Shown one piece after another: positions 1-9,827 of a stretch of DNA of 64,000 bases (position 1 is its first letter; each line of letters starts with the position of its first letter). The position numbers and the translations under genes were made by a program. Below the pieces are notes generated by a model. That model had not been told where the DNA came from. It did not search any database and worked only from the letters and a program-made list of their open reading frames with translations. Source of the DNA: Dehalococcoidia bacterium (lineage in GTDB: Bacteria; Chloroflexota; Dehalococcoidia; UBA6926); the NCBI GenBank assembly GCA_965224255.1, contig CBDCYO010000001.1, positions 12,456-76,455 of the forward strand. The letters are read 5' to 3'.

Positions 1-174
1 ACCCGTTGCCTCCAGCAACACCATGGCCGGACCTAGATCCACCATCTGGGAGACCAATTCCTTGATTCCGGTCTCGTCGTAGGACACGACCCATCTCTGT
101 CCCGTAGGCTGGACTGCAACGTCCACCTGCGCCTTTGAGACATCAATGCCTACGAATCTCGGTTCTCCTTCCAT
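1..174 (-). CDS. IS110-family transposase, N-terminal part (gene runs off the window start)
   Basis: RC translation gives [58 protein letters not shown], the DEDD N-terminal domain. Near-identical to copy at 50109-50891. Confidence 0.8.
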   Translation of the reverse strand, partial: MEGEPRFVGIDVSKAQVDVAVQPTGQRWVVSYDETGIKELVSQMVDLGPAMVLLEATG

Positions 175-360
175 CGGTACCTCCTGTGTGAACGTCGGCC
201 CTTCCTTGTCGGCCCTTCCTTGCATGATGCGGGCGCAATTGGCCCGGGCAACTGTTCGGGCTCTATCAGGATAGGATGCGACGACCAGGCTGGCCCACGG
301 TTTTCTTCAACCCAGGTTGGATCGGTCTGTCGCATCCCTACGTACCATACAAGGTTGTGC
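1..360 (-). mobile_element. IS110-family element copy 1 (partial; ~99% identical over 1-360 to 50701-51070)
   Basis: Direct repeat of 360 bp with about 4 mismatches. Identity ends at ccatacaagg (360 / 51070), marking the IS end about 190 bp upstream of the transposase start. Confidence 0.8.
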
Positions 361-467
361 GCCATCACCTGCACGGCCAGCCAGGCGCCGTTGGCGGCGA
401 AACGGGAAGGCTGCGGGATCCGCGTTCCTGGGGCATCCTGGAGAATCCCCGCGTGGGCGGATTCACA

Positions 468-640
468 TAATGACCCTATTGGGCGAACCAACGCGGGTAT
501 CAATAAGATGTAGGCCGCTGGAAAGATGGAGGCCCACATGGGGTTCGCCAAGGCGTTTCAGTAGTCTTTCCGGCGGGTGATTAACGACAATTGATCCTGC
601 CAGCCTGTTGCCTCACCGGAAAATGTTACCGAAAATTTAT
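468..640. repeat. mosaic of short IS-terminal-like repeat pieces X/Y/Z (X also at 9552-9591 inverted and 63742-63782; Y at ~57218-57234; Z at ~28785-28830)
   Basis: taatgaccc..gggtatcaataag (X), gtgattaacgacaatt (Y), cctgttgcctca..aatgttaccgaaa (Z) recur at the listed places. Confidence 0.4.
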
Positions 641-838
641 GGGCAAGCTACGTGAGTGGAAGCATAGGCAAGATGGCGAAGCGAGAATCATTGGCAACAC
701 CGCAAGACCGGTACCGGAGTTCTTCCAAGAAGGACAAGAGGCGGGTCCGTGATCGGTGATAGCATGCTGTGTCCGGACACCGGCGTTCTCATCGTGCGGG
801 CTCAGCCCGCTCAAATTTGCCTCCGGAGGTGGGATAGC

Positions 839-1369
839 ATGAGTATCAGAGATGTAAGGCAGGCGATCGTTGAAGTGCGCGGTCGCATACAAGAATGGGA
901 TGACCTCGGTCCTGATTTGAACAATTGGTTGGAGGAACACACTCGCTACGCCCTCATCGACCCTATTTTGGCTGCGCTGGGTTGGAATATCCACGAGCCG
1001 AAAGAATGCCATCCACAGTGGAAATATCCTGATGGCGAGGGTTGGGTTGATTACGCCTTGCACACTCCCGCCGAAATGGAGCACATCGCCACCCGCGAAA
1101 TCGCACCTTACATCATCATTGAGGCTAAGGCACTCCGGACCGCTCTTGACGGTGAACCGTTGCAGCAACTTGAGAAATACGCCACCGCGCGCCCACGGAT
1201 GCGCGGTGGTTATGCTGTCCTCACAGACGGTAACTACTGGCGGATCTACGATCCGGCCGGCCGGAGTGCCTTCGCAAATAGGACACCGACCTCGGTCTCC
1301 GTGTTGGGGACCAGCCTTGATGAGTCCTCGCGGACGCTATACGAACACTTGGCTAGGCCCAAACCATAG
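839..1369 (+). CDS. standalone HsdR_N-like (Type I restriction R-subunit N-terminal PD-(D/E)xK) domain protein
   Basis: ORF 749-1369; likely ATG at 839. Motifs EEHTRYALIDPIL..LGW, DYAL, YIIIEAKAL, LTDGNYWRIY match the HsdR N-terminal domain pattern. Confidence 0.6.
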   Translation: MSIRDVRQAIVEVRGRIQEWDDLGPDLNNWLEEHTRYALIDPILAALGWNIHEPKECHPQWKYPDGEGWVDYALHTPAEMEHIATREIAPYIIIEAKALRTALDGEPLQQLEKYATARPRMRGGYAVLTDGNYWRIYDPAGRSAFANRTPTSVSVLGTSLDESSRTLYEHLARPKP

Positions 1370-1480
1370 AGGTCAGCCAATGCGGAGTTAAGGCTGCACA
1401 GGATGTCCAGGTTGGCCCTGGTCCAAATGGTTGGATCGGCGAAGTTGGTCAGGGTCGGAACCCGCGCGGTCAGTCTAGCG

Positions 1481-1509
1481 ATGGCAGACTTCCGTTCAAA
1501 CTCTGCCAC
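1481..1509. repeat. hairpin element H1 (ATGGCAGA[C/G]TT-loop-AA[G/C]TCTGCCA family)
   Basis: atggcagacttccgttcaaactctgccac; convergent intergenic region. Confidence 0.7.
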
Positions 1510-1590
1510 TTTCCCGCCTATGTGCGTACCGGGGACATGAGCGAGTTCGAAGTGGGGAAACCCCTAAACAGAAGGCGTACCATCAGACAG

Positions 1591-1989
1591 TCACTCCTTC
1601 TCCCGCCAGGTGCGCTCTGGATCCATGAGAGGCATCAGCGGCTTCGGCAATTCCGCTGCTTCAGTTTCATCAAGCCACTCACGAAATACGTCCCCTTGGC
1701 ACGACGCGTAGCCTTCCAGCCAAGCCATCCTTTCGTATGTCACGGACACCCTGCTATCCAACGCTTCAGCGGGTTCCTGCGCAGCCTCGAGGCGGCGTAC
1801 TATGTCCCAATATCTATTTTCCTGACGGGTTTCCGCGATTCCTATGAAAACCGCGAAAAGCACAAAAGCACCGGATATTAATGCAGGGCTAATCCATTGC
1901 GACACAGGGGTACCTCTTTCGTAAGACGGTTGCACTTTGACGGTAGAAAGTAGTGATCGTTGCAACGACGCACGAAAGATCGCTCGCAC
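1591..1989 (-). CDS. hypothetical membrane protein (one predicted TM helix)
   Basis: ORF track. Hydrophobic segment ISPALISGAFVLFAVFIGI. Alternative GTG start after AAGAGG gives MSQWISPAL.... Confidence 0.35.
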   Translation of the reverse strand: MRAIFRASLQRSLLSTVKVQPSYERGTPVSQWISPALISGAFVLFAVFIGIAETRQENRYWDIVRRLEAAQEPAEALDSRVSVTYERMAWLEGYASCQGDVFREWLDETEAAELPKPLMPLMDPERTWREKE

Positions 1990-2053
1990 GAGTCGATGAA
2001 CAACACGATCATAGTTTCAGGCCACTAACCCACCTCGGTCAACTTGCCGAAGA

Positions 2054-2274
2054 ATGGCAGATTTCAGCGTAAAGTCTGCCATTTTTGGGCGCCCTGGTCC
2101 GGAGTTGGGTGCCGCCGCAAGCACAGCGCTGGCGCGAATCGGCAGCGAAATGGCAGAGTTGCTAATGAACTCTGCCATGCCAACGTCGAAAGGCCTCTGG
2201 CTATGTGCTTGCAACGGCGGCGGCGATCGGCCCAAGGCATTAAAAATGGCAGACTTTACTTGGAAGTCTGCCAT
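2054..2274. repeat. three hairpin elements H2-H4, spaced about 95 bp apart (2054-2082, 2150-2178, 2246-2274)
   Basis: Each has 11-bp stems atggcaga[t/g/c]tt / aa[a/c/g]tctgccat with different 7-nt loops. The central stem base covaries. Confidence 0.8.
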
Positions 2275-2277
2275 CGC

Positions 2278-2321
2278 TAGTACTCAATCAATCTTGGAAT
2301 TGAAGGGATAGAGGCGATGCA
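2278..2321 (-). mobile_element. IS630-family terminal remnant (~44 bp, about 95% identical to the end of the IS630 element at 61919-61965)
   Basis: tagtactcaatcaat[c/g]ttggaattgaagggatagaggcgatgca is shared with 61919-61965. It encodes the ...RLYPFNS(K/N)ID transposase tail. Confidence 0.6.
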
Positions 2322-3142
2322 TGTAATCGGCGACGTAGATGTAACCGGCAGCATCGACGGTGACCCCGGACGGCCGGCTGAACTCGCCATCGCCTCGGCC
2401 GCTGCCGCCGTAGAACGCCAGGTATTGCCCGTCCCGCGAAAACGTCTGGATGCGGTCGTTGCCCCAGTCCGCCACGTACACTCTGCCGTCAGCGCCCACG
2501 ACCGGCCCCAGGGCAGGTTGAGTTCGGCCGGGCTGCTTCCTGGCGTCCTAAGGACGCCAGGAAGCAGCCCTCCGTTGTGAACTTCTGCACCCGGCGGTTG
2601 TAGGCGTCCGCGACGTAAAGGTTGTCGTCACTGTCAAAGACCAGGCCCGACGGGGTGTCCAGCTGACCTTCGCCGGCTCCGTGCTCGCCCCAGATGGACA
2701 GCAGCGCGCCCTCCCGGTCAAACACCGAAATCCGGTGCAATTGCTCGTCGCTGACATACACCCGGTCCCGGCTGTCCAGCGTGCAGGTGGAGGGCCAGAT
2801 GAACCGGCCCGCGGATACGCCGTAAGCGCCGAAGGTCCCGTAGTACTCGCGGTCGATGTCGCACATGGTGAAGCAGACGCCCCGCGTGACGTTTTCCAGA
2901 GAACGGTTGCGACGCACATCCGCCCGTCGGCGGCGATGGCCGTGTCGGTGGGATAGTAGAACCCCCGGCCTTCCATGGTAATCATGCCCAGAGTAAGACG
3001 GTATTCGAGTAATTGGATTGCTCTGTCCCGAATTGTGGTCATGGTCTTTCTGCACCCATCCGGTTGGGCTAGGCCCAGAAGAGATTCCGAAATTCCATTC
3101 CGTCATTCCGGCGAAAGCGGAGATCTCATCGAAGCGGACCAC
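2284..3142 (-). pseudogene. NHL-repeat protein gene, multiply frameshifted, fused to IS630 remnant at its 3' end
   Basis: YVADWGNDRIQTF, YVADAYNRRVQKF and YVSDEQLHRISVF NHL-type repeats are split over several reading frames (2284-2499, 2489-3142, 2548-3042). Confidence 0.6.
2531..2569. repeat. 39-bp perfect palindrome (18-bp arms, TAA spacer) inside the NHL pseudogene
   Basis: ggctgcttcctggcgtcc taa ggacgccaggaagcagcc; arms are exact reverse complements. Confidence 0.9.
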
Positions 3143-3213
3143 CAGCCTTTAGCGGGTCGTAGAGTTCGGCGCGGTAGCCTTTGCCGCCTGGCCACAGTAT
3201 GCCGCACGCATCG

Positions 3214-4719
3214 TCAGTTCTGTTGCGTATTCTTTGCGGACAACTCCGAGCGAGGAAAAACGCGTCCGCCAAGGATGACGACATCAATAGCATCGAAAGC
3301 GGACACGTCATTCATCGGGTTTTTGGTCATTAACAACAAGTCGGCGCGTTTGCCTTCCTCTACCGTACCTATTTCTTCTTGCAGACCAAAAAACTCCGCA
3401 TTTGCAATCGTCGCGGCGCGAAACAACTGAGCAGGAGTGACGCCAGCATCCAGCCAACGCTGCATTTCCATAAAGCCGTTAAGGCCGGGAGGATTGGCGT
3501 AGGTGGGACTGCTCGGGGTGTCGGTGCCGAAACTTAACCGCCCGCCATTCGAAGCAAGATAGGAGAGCGCCGAGGTGACGCCGGCTATCGGCGCATCGCC
3601 CAATTCCTCCCAGTGGCCGCTTTCCACTACTCGCGCCACTCTCGGATTATCGAGCATTCGATTGCGAAACCACCGCCCATCATCGGTTTTATACCAGTCG
3701 ATGAGGCTTTGCGGCAGCACGTCCTGCAATTCGTAACCGGAGAGATAGTCCGGGTTGTGCAGGTCACGCTCTCCATAGAGCACCTGCATGGTAGGTTGCC
3801 AAACGATGTTTCGTTCAATGATGGCATCAAGGATCAGGGTAACCTCCGGGTTTAGCCTGGCTGCGGGTCGCTCATCCCAATTCCACATCCCGTGGGCCAA
3901 ACCATCGACACCCGTTTCAACTCCGAAAGCTTGAGCGGATTGCGAATTGGCGTGCAGTAGCACCGGCATTCCCTGCTCGTTTGCGGCGGTCACCAGATCC
4001 CGCATCATCTCTTTGGTGGGTAAGGGCAAATCGTCCTGAAGACCAAACCCCGGTTCAAAAAACGTCTTCACGCAGATGGCGCCGTCATCATGCATATTTG
4101 CGACGACAGCCTGCGGCATATGTTCTTCTGGGTCATATTTGACAGGGAATTCATCAGCGCGCGCCTCGTCAAACAGGAAATACGGCGCAACACGGTAACG
4201 AACAGATTTTGGTATGAAGTTCATCGGATATCCGTCGAATACGGGCGCCGGTCCACAAAAATAAGCGTGCGGGCGAACGTCTTGCTTGTTCCACTCTTCG
4301 ACCACACCGGGCGGCGACGCCAAATCAATCACCGTGGTAAAGCCGTAATAGAGATAACTGCGTGGGATCTGTCGGCGGGCATCGCGGGCGATGTTCGGAT
4401 AGTCATTTTCATGCAAGTCGGTCATTCCTGGTATATCGCTCAAATGGGTATGAGCGTCAATCAGTCCAGGCGTCAGGTAGCGTCCTGCACCGTCGATCAC
4501 TTGATCTGACTCGTGGGCGCTCTGTGCAATCTCGCGCCCGATCACAGCGATCCGCCCCTCACGCACCAGAACGTTCGTCAACTCGGACGGCACATCCCGC
4601 TCCGGCGAGACAATGACCACATTTTTAATTAGAAGGCCATTCGCCACGATTTCGCTCGTATCTGTGGTACATCCAATTATGGCTAGTGCGAAGCAGAAAG
4701 TGGCCAGGTAAATTTTCAT
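3214..4719 (-). CDS. amidohydrolase-family metal-dependent hydrolase, predicted lipoprotein
   Basis: 501 aa. Signal MKIYLATFCFALAIIGC. GLIDAHTHL metal-binding motif. Amidohydrolase fold features throughout. Confidence 0.85.
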   Translation of the reverse strand: MKIYLATFCFALAIIGCTTDTSEIVANGLLIKNVVIVSPERDVPSELTNVLVREGRIAVIGREIAQSAHESDQVIDGAGRYLTPGLIDAHTHLSDIPGMTDLHENDYPNIARDARRQIPRSYLYYGFTTVIDLASPPGVVEEWNKQDVRPHAYFCGPAPVFDGYPMNFIPKSVRYRVAPYFLFDEARADEFPVKYDPEEHMPQAVVANMHDDGAICVKTFFEPGFGLQDDLPLPTKEMMRDLVTAANEQGMPVLLHANSQSAQAFGVETGVDGLAHGMWNWDERPAARLNPEVTLILDAIIERNIVWQPTMQVLYGERDLHNPDYLSGYELQDVLPQSLIDWYKTDDGRWFRNRMLDNPRVARVVESGHWEELGDAPIAGVTSALSYLASNGGRLSFGTDTPSSPTYANPPGLNGFMEMQRWLDAGVTPAQLFRAATIANAEFFGLQEEIGTVEEGKRADLLLMTKNPMNDVSAFDAIDVVILGGRVFPRSELSAKNTQQN

Positions 4720-4837
4720 CTCGTCGCTTATCCTCGTAGCTGGTGTCCCTCGTCAACTATATTTGCTTATTTGTCGTCGACTAGTTTTGCCGGTTCACGT
4801 CCCCGGCCGGTGACCTCTGGGAGCTGGTGATCAGGGA

Positions 4838-5644
4838 TCACTCGATATAGATCGAACCGTTCGAAGTAGTCAGCGTTAGATCAGTATCGCCGTCTCCAAT
4901 CACGGCAGCCAAACGGTTATTGTGGCGGGTCGCGGAGGCAACCGAGAGGGCCGATCCCATCACGATATCGCCGTTACTGGTCTCCGCATCCACACTCAAG
5001 CTGACCAGCCCGCCTTCGAGCAGAGTAGTGATGTTCCCGTTGGAAGTCTTGAACCGATTGTTCGTTCCGCGTGCCAGTTCTCCCTGGAAGCGAATCCCGC
5101 CGTTGTAAGTCCTGATGTTGAAGGTTCCTCGGCCATCATCGACCTCGATCTGTCCGTTGGAGGTTGTGATGTCGTATACCCCTTCCACGTCAACGGCTTT
5201 GATGGCTCCGTTAAACGTCACCAGCTCTACAGCGCCGATTATATTGCGCAAGCTGATGATTCCATTCTCGGCCCTCACGTGTATGTTCGAACTCCGCGGC
5301 ACGATGACCTCAATGTTAGCCCGCCGTCCCTGCGGGAAGAAATTGGCCCAGAGGCCAATCCCTCGAGCCGTAACGCTGACCGTATTCCCGTTCTGTACTG
5401 CCTCGTACGCCATTCGGTCAGGACGGCGCAATTCCGCCACCACATTTACGTGTTGATCGTGCACTCCGCCGTACACCTTAACGCTACCGTTGAAGTCCTT
5501 GACGACCAGTGTGGGCACATCCGTAATCGCGAATGTGTCGTTTCTGCTCACCTCCGGCCAAGCTTCATGCCACGGTGAGAACCCACAGGCTGCCGTGACC
5601 GACGCAATGGCCGCCAACAAAAAGCACAGGCTAATCAATCGCAT
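4838..5644 (-). CDS. DUF4097-like putative adhesin/lipoprotein
   Basis: Repetitive beta-rich TSNG(Q/N/S)I motifs; signal MRLISLCFLLAAIASVTAAC. The ORF track allows a longer N-terminus (to 5698). Confidence 0.6.
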   Translation of the reverse strand: MRLISLCFLLAAIASVTAACGFSPWHEAWPEVSRNDTFAITDVPTLVVKDFNGSVKVYGGVHDQHVNVVAELRRPDRMAYEAVQNGNTVSVTARGIGLWANFFPQGRRANIEVIVPRSSNIHVRAENGIISLRNIIGAVELVTFNGAIKAVDVEGVYDITTSNGQIEVDDGRGTFNIRTYNGGIRFQGELARGTNNRFKTSNGNITTLLEGGLVSLSVDAETSNGDIVMGSALSVASATRHNNRLAAVIGDGDTDLTLTTSNGSIYIE

Positions 5645-6011
5645 GGCTACCTCCCTTGCTAATGCGCAGTGGTCGAACGCAGACCGCGTAAAACCCACCC
5701 GCCGGAACTTGAACCGGGTGCTCCATCCCCTGACGCGAAGGGTTATCGCGACGCATTCTATTTCTTTGGGCAGACCGCTGACCCCTAGTCGTCGTCAGGT
5801 GGTGACGGCATGAGGGCGAAGATTATACCGCAACCGTCGCGGCCATTTAGGTTCGTGGTGCCCCAAGGGGACGGCGGGCCGTTCCCAGTAGGGCTGCGTT
5901 TCCAAAAGCTGCAGGGTCGGTGCCAGATGTCTCAGTTGACCTATCGGAGTTTCGCTAGTCGTAGACCAGCGCGCTATCTCTTCCGAGCTGAACTCGATTG
6001 CGGACGATTCC

Positions 6012-7577
6012 GGCTGGACTTTGTACAAAAGTTAGATACGTGGCGGAATCGGCGCACTTCGTGCTGTGGCTGGCCTACTGACATATTCAACTATCGGGGT
6101 TGAAACCTCGGCTTTGTACAATCAAGCGGCATAGGCTAGCGTGTCGAGCATCCTGTGGTACAAGAGGCGCGGGACTTTTATCGATTCGTGCTCGCGCTCG
6201 GACGGCATAAAAGTTCCCTGCTGCACCCAGAGGTGTCGTCTGACCAGGGCGACGGCGTCGGCGAAGGAAGGGCTGGTTTTGTCATACCACGCCGCGGTGC
6301 GCGGCGCCATGGCGCCACGCTGTTCGATCAGGATATCCGCTGCCAGCGTCACCACGCTGAACAGGCCAAAGAGCGCGGGGGTGGTTCGGGCGATGGCTCG
6401 TTCCGACCACTGGCGCTGGGTTTCCATGCCCAGGTGAGCCCGCAGCTCCTCAAAGGTCACCTCGACCTGCCACCGCAGCAGATACCACTGCAGTATCCGC
6501 AGGGGTTCCGCCTCGGTGTCGGTGCATAGCAAAGCATAGGGCCCGCGGCGCTCCGCCAGGTATCTGATGACGACCCAACGTATGGGAAGGCGCGGCGGCC
6601 CGCCGTGGTACCACAGCGCTACGCCCGAAGCGAGCTCGACCATGGCGGTACTGCCGTCGGAACCGGTGGCGCGGTAGGGAATCCATGCGGTAGGGGTCCA
6701 TTGTGTAGCGGGATCGTCCAGCACCGCCGTGGGACTGGGCAGTCGCGCGCCGACCACCCGGGGCCGCCCGATCTGGCCGGGCCGCCGCGGTGGCGCGGGC
6801 TGGTACCGGGACGCGTCCTTGCGCAGTTTGGTGACGACGACAATCGGCTTTGACATACTCTGGCAATGCCGCAGGAACTCCCGCTTGGCGTAGCCGCCAT
6901 CGGCCACCACCACCAGGTCCCTCTCCGGCAGCCAACGGCGCAGGCAGACCAGCATCTGCTGGGCGTAGTCGGTGAACGTCTTGTGCCGGCGACCTTTGCG
7001 CCGGTCGTAACGGGCCGACACCACCAGCGCGGTCAAAAACGGCAGCGCCCAGTGTCGACCCGCCCATCCGATACGCGTCAGCAACATCAGGCTCACCCAT
7101 TGCAGTCCGGGGGTCATCACCACCTGGTCGTCGGTGGACCGCACCGGATCCCGATACCGCCCCTTGGCCGCAATCTTCCGCCCCCAGCGTCGCTCCACCG
7201 TCTCGTCAATGCCGAACACCAACGGCTCGGTGGATGAACCAAGGCGCCCGGCCAACAGCAGCAACAGCGCCCGGCTCAGTTGCAGCGGCGACCATTGGGC
7301 GCGGTTGAGCACGTGGTGATAGACGGCGAAGTCGCCGTGCTGCCCAATCCCCAGGATGTTGAGGGCGGAGGACACGGTGCGTTTGCCGGGAGACAGGATC
7401 GCTCCCATGGCCAGGAGTTGGGCTTTGCGCCAGGTCCTGGGGTCAAACAGGCGCTCAAAGGGCAGCAGCAGGGTTACCATGACTGCGGGCAGGGTAGGCA
7501 TACTCGACCTCTTGTGGTGATTTGGTCGAGCTTACCCTGTCCTTATAACTTATCTAGCTTTTGTACAAAGTCGAGCC
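6012..7577 (-). mobile_element. IS701/IS4-like insertion sequence (~1.57 kb) with 27-bp terminal inverted repeats
   Basis: IRs GGCTGGACTTTGTACAAAAGTTAGATA (6012-) and RC of 7551-7577 GGCTCGACTTTGTACAAAAGCTAGATA (25/27 identical) flank the transposase gene. Confidence 0.8.
6122..7501 (-). CDS. DDE transposase (IS701/IS4-like family)
   Basis: 459 aa. FGIDETVERRWG, VVADGGYAKREFL and YLLRWQVEVTFEELRAHLG are typical DDE_Tnp_1-like blocks. Confidence 0.85.
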   Translation of the reverse strand: MPTLPAVMVTLLLPFERLFDPRTWRKAQLLAMGAILSPGKRTVSSALNILGIGQHGDFAVYHHVLNRAQWSPLQLSRALLLLLAGRLGSSTEPLVFGIDETVERRWGRKIAAKGRYRDPVRSTDDQVVMTPGLQWVSLMLLTRIGWAGRHWALPFLTALVVSARYDRRKGRRHKTFTDYAQQMLVCLRRWLPERDLVVVADGGYAKREFLRHCQSMSKPIVVVTKLRKDASRYQPAPPRRPGQIGRPRVVGARLPSPTAVLDDPATQWTPTAWIPYRATGSDGSTAMVELASGVALWYHGGPPRLPIRWVVIRYLAERRGPYALLCTDTEAEPLRILQWYLLRWQVEVTFEELRAHLGMETQRQWSERAIARTTPALFGLFSVVTLAADILIEQRGAMAPRTAAWYDKTSPSFADAVALVRRHLWVQQGTFMPSEREHESIKVPRLLYHRMLDTLAYAA

Positions 7578-7595
7578 GAATTGGGTCTGAGATAA

Positions 7596-7665
7596 ACGCG
7601 CGGACACGCGCGCAGCGTTGGTGAGGTGGATTGCCTCATCCAATCACATCCAATCACATCACCAC
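7596..7665 (+). repeat. repeat family R2 copy a (second copy at ~60281-60365, - strand), contains tandem CATCCAATCA units
   Basis: About 80% identity over about 55 bp between gcgcggacacgcgcgcagcgttggtgaggtggattgcctcatccaatcacatc and RC of 60285-60340; both end ..atcgccat. Confidence 0.4.
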
Positions 7666-7741
7666 AATACGACACCATCGCCATCCGGCAGATCATTACG
7701 CCGCAGTCCCATCGGCAGAGCGGCGTACCGAGCATCTCTGT

Positions 7742-8218
7742 TCAACGGGATACCACGGGCGGGGCGGGGTTGCTCAGGTCTATGCCGAATGCACTCGCCA
7801 CCTCTCTGATGCGGGACCATTTGGCGGTGGCGTAATCCGTGGCCTCGTACCGCTGTATCTGCTGTTCCTTCAGTCCCAGCCGGTCCGCCAACTCCTTTTG
7901 ACTGAGACCCTGGGAGATGCGTGCCTTGATGAGCAGGGCTGGTAGGTCGGCAACCACCCGCAGCCTGTCCATTCGGAACTCACCCGCCCTCACCGACTCG
8001 TACTCACGCAACTCGGCTTCCAGGTCGGACAGCTGACTGCTGACCGCATCCGCCTGTGCTTGCGCAATCATGGGATGCACTCCGTCCACCGCCTCGGGCC
8101 GTTCCCTGAGGCCCCGCAGGGTCTGAAGACCATATGGAGTCCCCTGCATTTGACAGCCGACGCACTCTGTGTTAAATGCACTGGCGATCTTGTCATGATC
8201 GGCACAGAATTCGAACAT
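7742..8218 (-). CDS. XRE-family HTH transcriptional regulator with Cys-containing N-terminal region
   Basis: C-terminal LIKARISQGLSQKELADRLGLKEQQIQRYE is a canonical HTH_XRE. N-terminal FCADH...ECVGC may bind metal. Confidence 0.6.
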   Translation of the reverse strand: MFEFCADHDKIASAFNTECVGCQMQGTPYGLQTLRGLRERPEAVDGVHPMIAQAQADAVSSQLSDLEAELREYESVRAGEFRMDRLRVVADLPALLIKARISQGLSQKELADRLGLKEQQIQRYEATDYATAKWSRIREVASAFGIDLSNPAPPVVSR

Positions 8219-8234
8219 CGGATGTATTCATCAG

Positions 8235-9002
8235 ATGAGGTTCTGGATCGAAAACCAAAATTGGAGGAAAGAATTGATCAACAGTATGACGCGGTTGGCG
8301 TTCGAGGGCTGGGGGGACATCCTTGATGATTTCGAAGACGCTGGCCTCCATCCAGATCTGACCTTCAGGTTGTTGTACCGCAAAGACGGGGAAGAGTTTG
8401 TTATCTACCATCCGTTTGGGGAAGTTCGTATGCGGAAGGAATCGAAGCTCCCTGATTTGATGGACGACATTACCTTTGCGTATCTGACCTCCCGGAGGCG
8501 AATTTCTGAATTGCCATTGACGGAAGCCATCGCCCTGTATTCCGAACCTTTCCGGCTGCAAGCAGTTATGGAATGCTGGTTCGACCAGCGGATCCCCGCT
8601 AGGAAGGAGTTCAACGATGCTTTGAGTTTTGCATGGCTGTCCAGCAAACATCTGAATATGCCAGCGATTCTGCATTGGACGTGTGGCGACGACTGGACCT
8701 TTCAGGTAGAAGATCTGTTGGAAGTGTTTAAGGACAACGCCATCGTCACTAATGATGACAACATTAACGTGCCAAGAGAACCGATCGACGTCTTTTCTGC
8801 AGGCTGGCCGAGCACCATCTCGTGGTACTCGTCGCCGGGTGTCGCCAAGGCGAATTTGCCCGGAGACCCGGATGACGGGCCGCATACGATGTTCAGCGCG
8901 ACCGCGTCGCCGGACGCTATTCTGGCGATGTTCAATACCGACTCGGCGCTCGAGTTCGTACTGGACCCAGATTTATTGACGGACATCAAGCCGGTTGCCT
9001 GA
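8235..9002 (+). CDS. hypothetical protein (lower-GC gene); true start possibly TTG 8273 or ATG 8286
   Basis: 255-aa ORF with protein-like composition; GGAGGAAAG RBS-like sequence at about 8261. The antisense ORF 8193-8885 looks less protein-like. Confidence 0.5.
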   Translation: MRFWIENQNWRKELINSMTRLAFEGWGDILDDFEDAGLHPDLTFRLLYRKDGEEFVIYHPFGEVRMRKESKLPDLMDDITFAYLTSRRRISELPLTEAIALYSEPFRLQAVMECWFDQRIPARKEFNDALSFAWLSSKHLNMPAILHWTCGDDWTFQVEDLLEVFKDNAIVTNDDNINVPREPIDVFSAGWPSTISWYSSPGVAKANLPGDPDDGPHTMFSATASPDAILAMFNTDSALEFVLDPDLLTDIKPVA

Positions 9003-9827
9003 TTACCCACAGCGGCCCGCATCCGATCCCGGTCAGCCTCGCCTGCCCGGTTCGCGCCGCTGTGGTTCCTTGGCTCAGACCTCCCCCGGTCCAATCCCCA
9101 CCGGCCCGGAGGCCTCCGCCGGCGGAGGTACGATAATCTTCGAGAGGTCCCTTTCGCAGGCCAACCGGTACCCTGTTTCAGCCATCGATATGGTGAAGCC
9201 AGCAGCGGAGAATCGGGCGGCGCGCCATTTGGAACCAGCCGCCACGGTCTGATGACTGCGCAAATAACAATGTAATTGAGCGTGGAAACTGTGGCAAAGA
9301 GAAAGTGTCAAAGGTGCCCCGGCGGTGCCCGTACCACCTGCTGCCCCTTCTGCCGGCTCACGGCGTCGTCTTGAGGTTTCAGAGCAAGGATGATGAGCAT
9401 TGCCTCAAACCAAATGTTATGAACTCCGGTCGCACAGGGTCTCCTGGTGGATACAGCCATGAAATTCGAGCGCTTAGCCAACGTCATCAGGGAAACCCAC
9501 CGCAACGCATCGGTGGACATGATTTGCCGTGCGCTGTACTCGCGTCCCCCGCCTTATTGATACCCGCCGTGCTTCGCCCAAGGATCATTACGTAAACTTG
9601 GCCGAGTATCAGCCGCAGGCGTTGCACGTCGGGAACCAAGACCCGTTGCGACGTCGGTTGGCCTTGTTCACCCCGCACTTCCCGTAGATCGGCGCCCCGG
9701 ACCCGCCTGGCGATGCTGCTGGCCAGCTGGTGCCAGCGCCAGCGCTGCCTGCTCTGTTCTCTGGTCGGTGAACGCCGCGAATTGGCAGGCCCTGCCCAAA
9801 CGGCAGAGCGTCGGCGACCGGAGGCCG

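Noticed and set aside
2054-2274. Regularly spaced repeats as a mini CRISPR array
   Set aside because: Repeats are palindromic hairpins with variable loops and differing stems, only three copies, no cas genes, and the same element occurs singly elsewhere. Better explained as REP/MITE-like elements.
7742-9002. XRE-HTH gene plus divergent neighbour as a HigBA/MqsRA-like TA pair
   Set aside because: Partner gene is 255 aa and divergent rather than co-directional. No RelE/MqsR-like features recognisable. Annotated simply as a regulator and a hypothetical protein.
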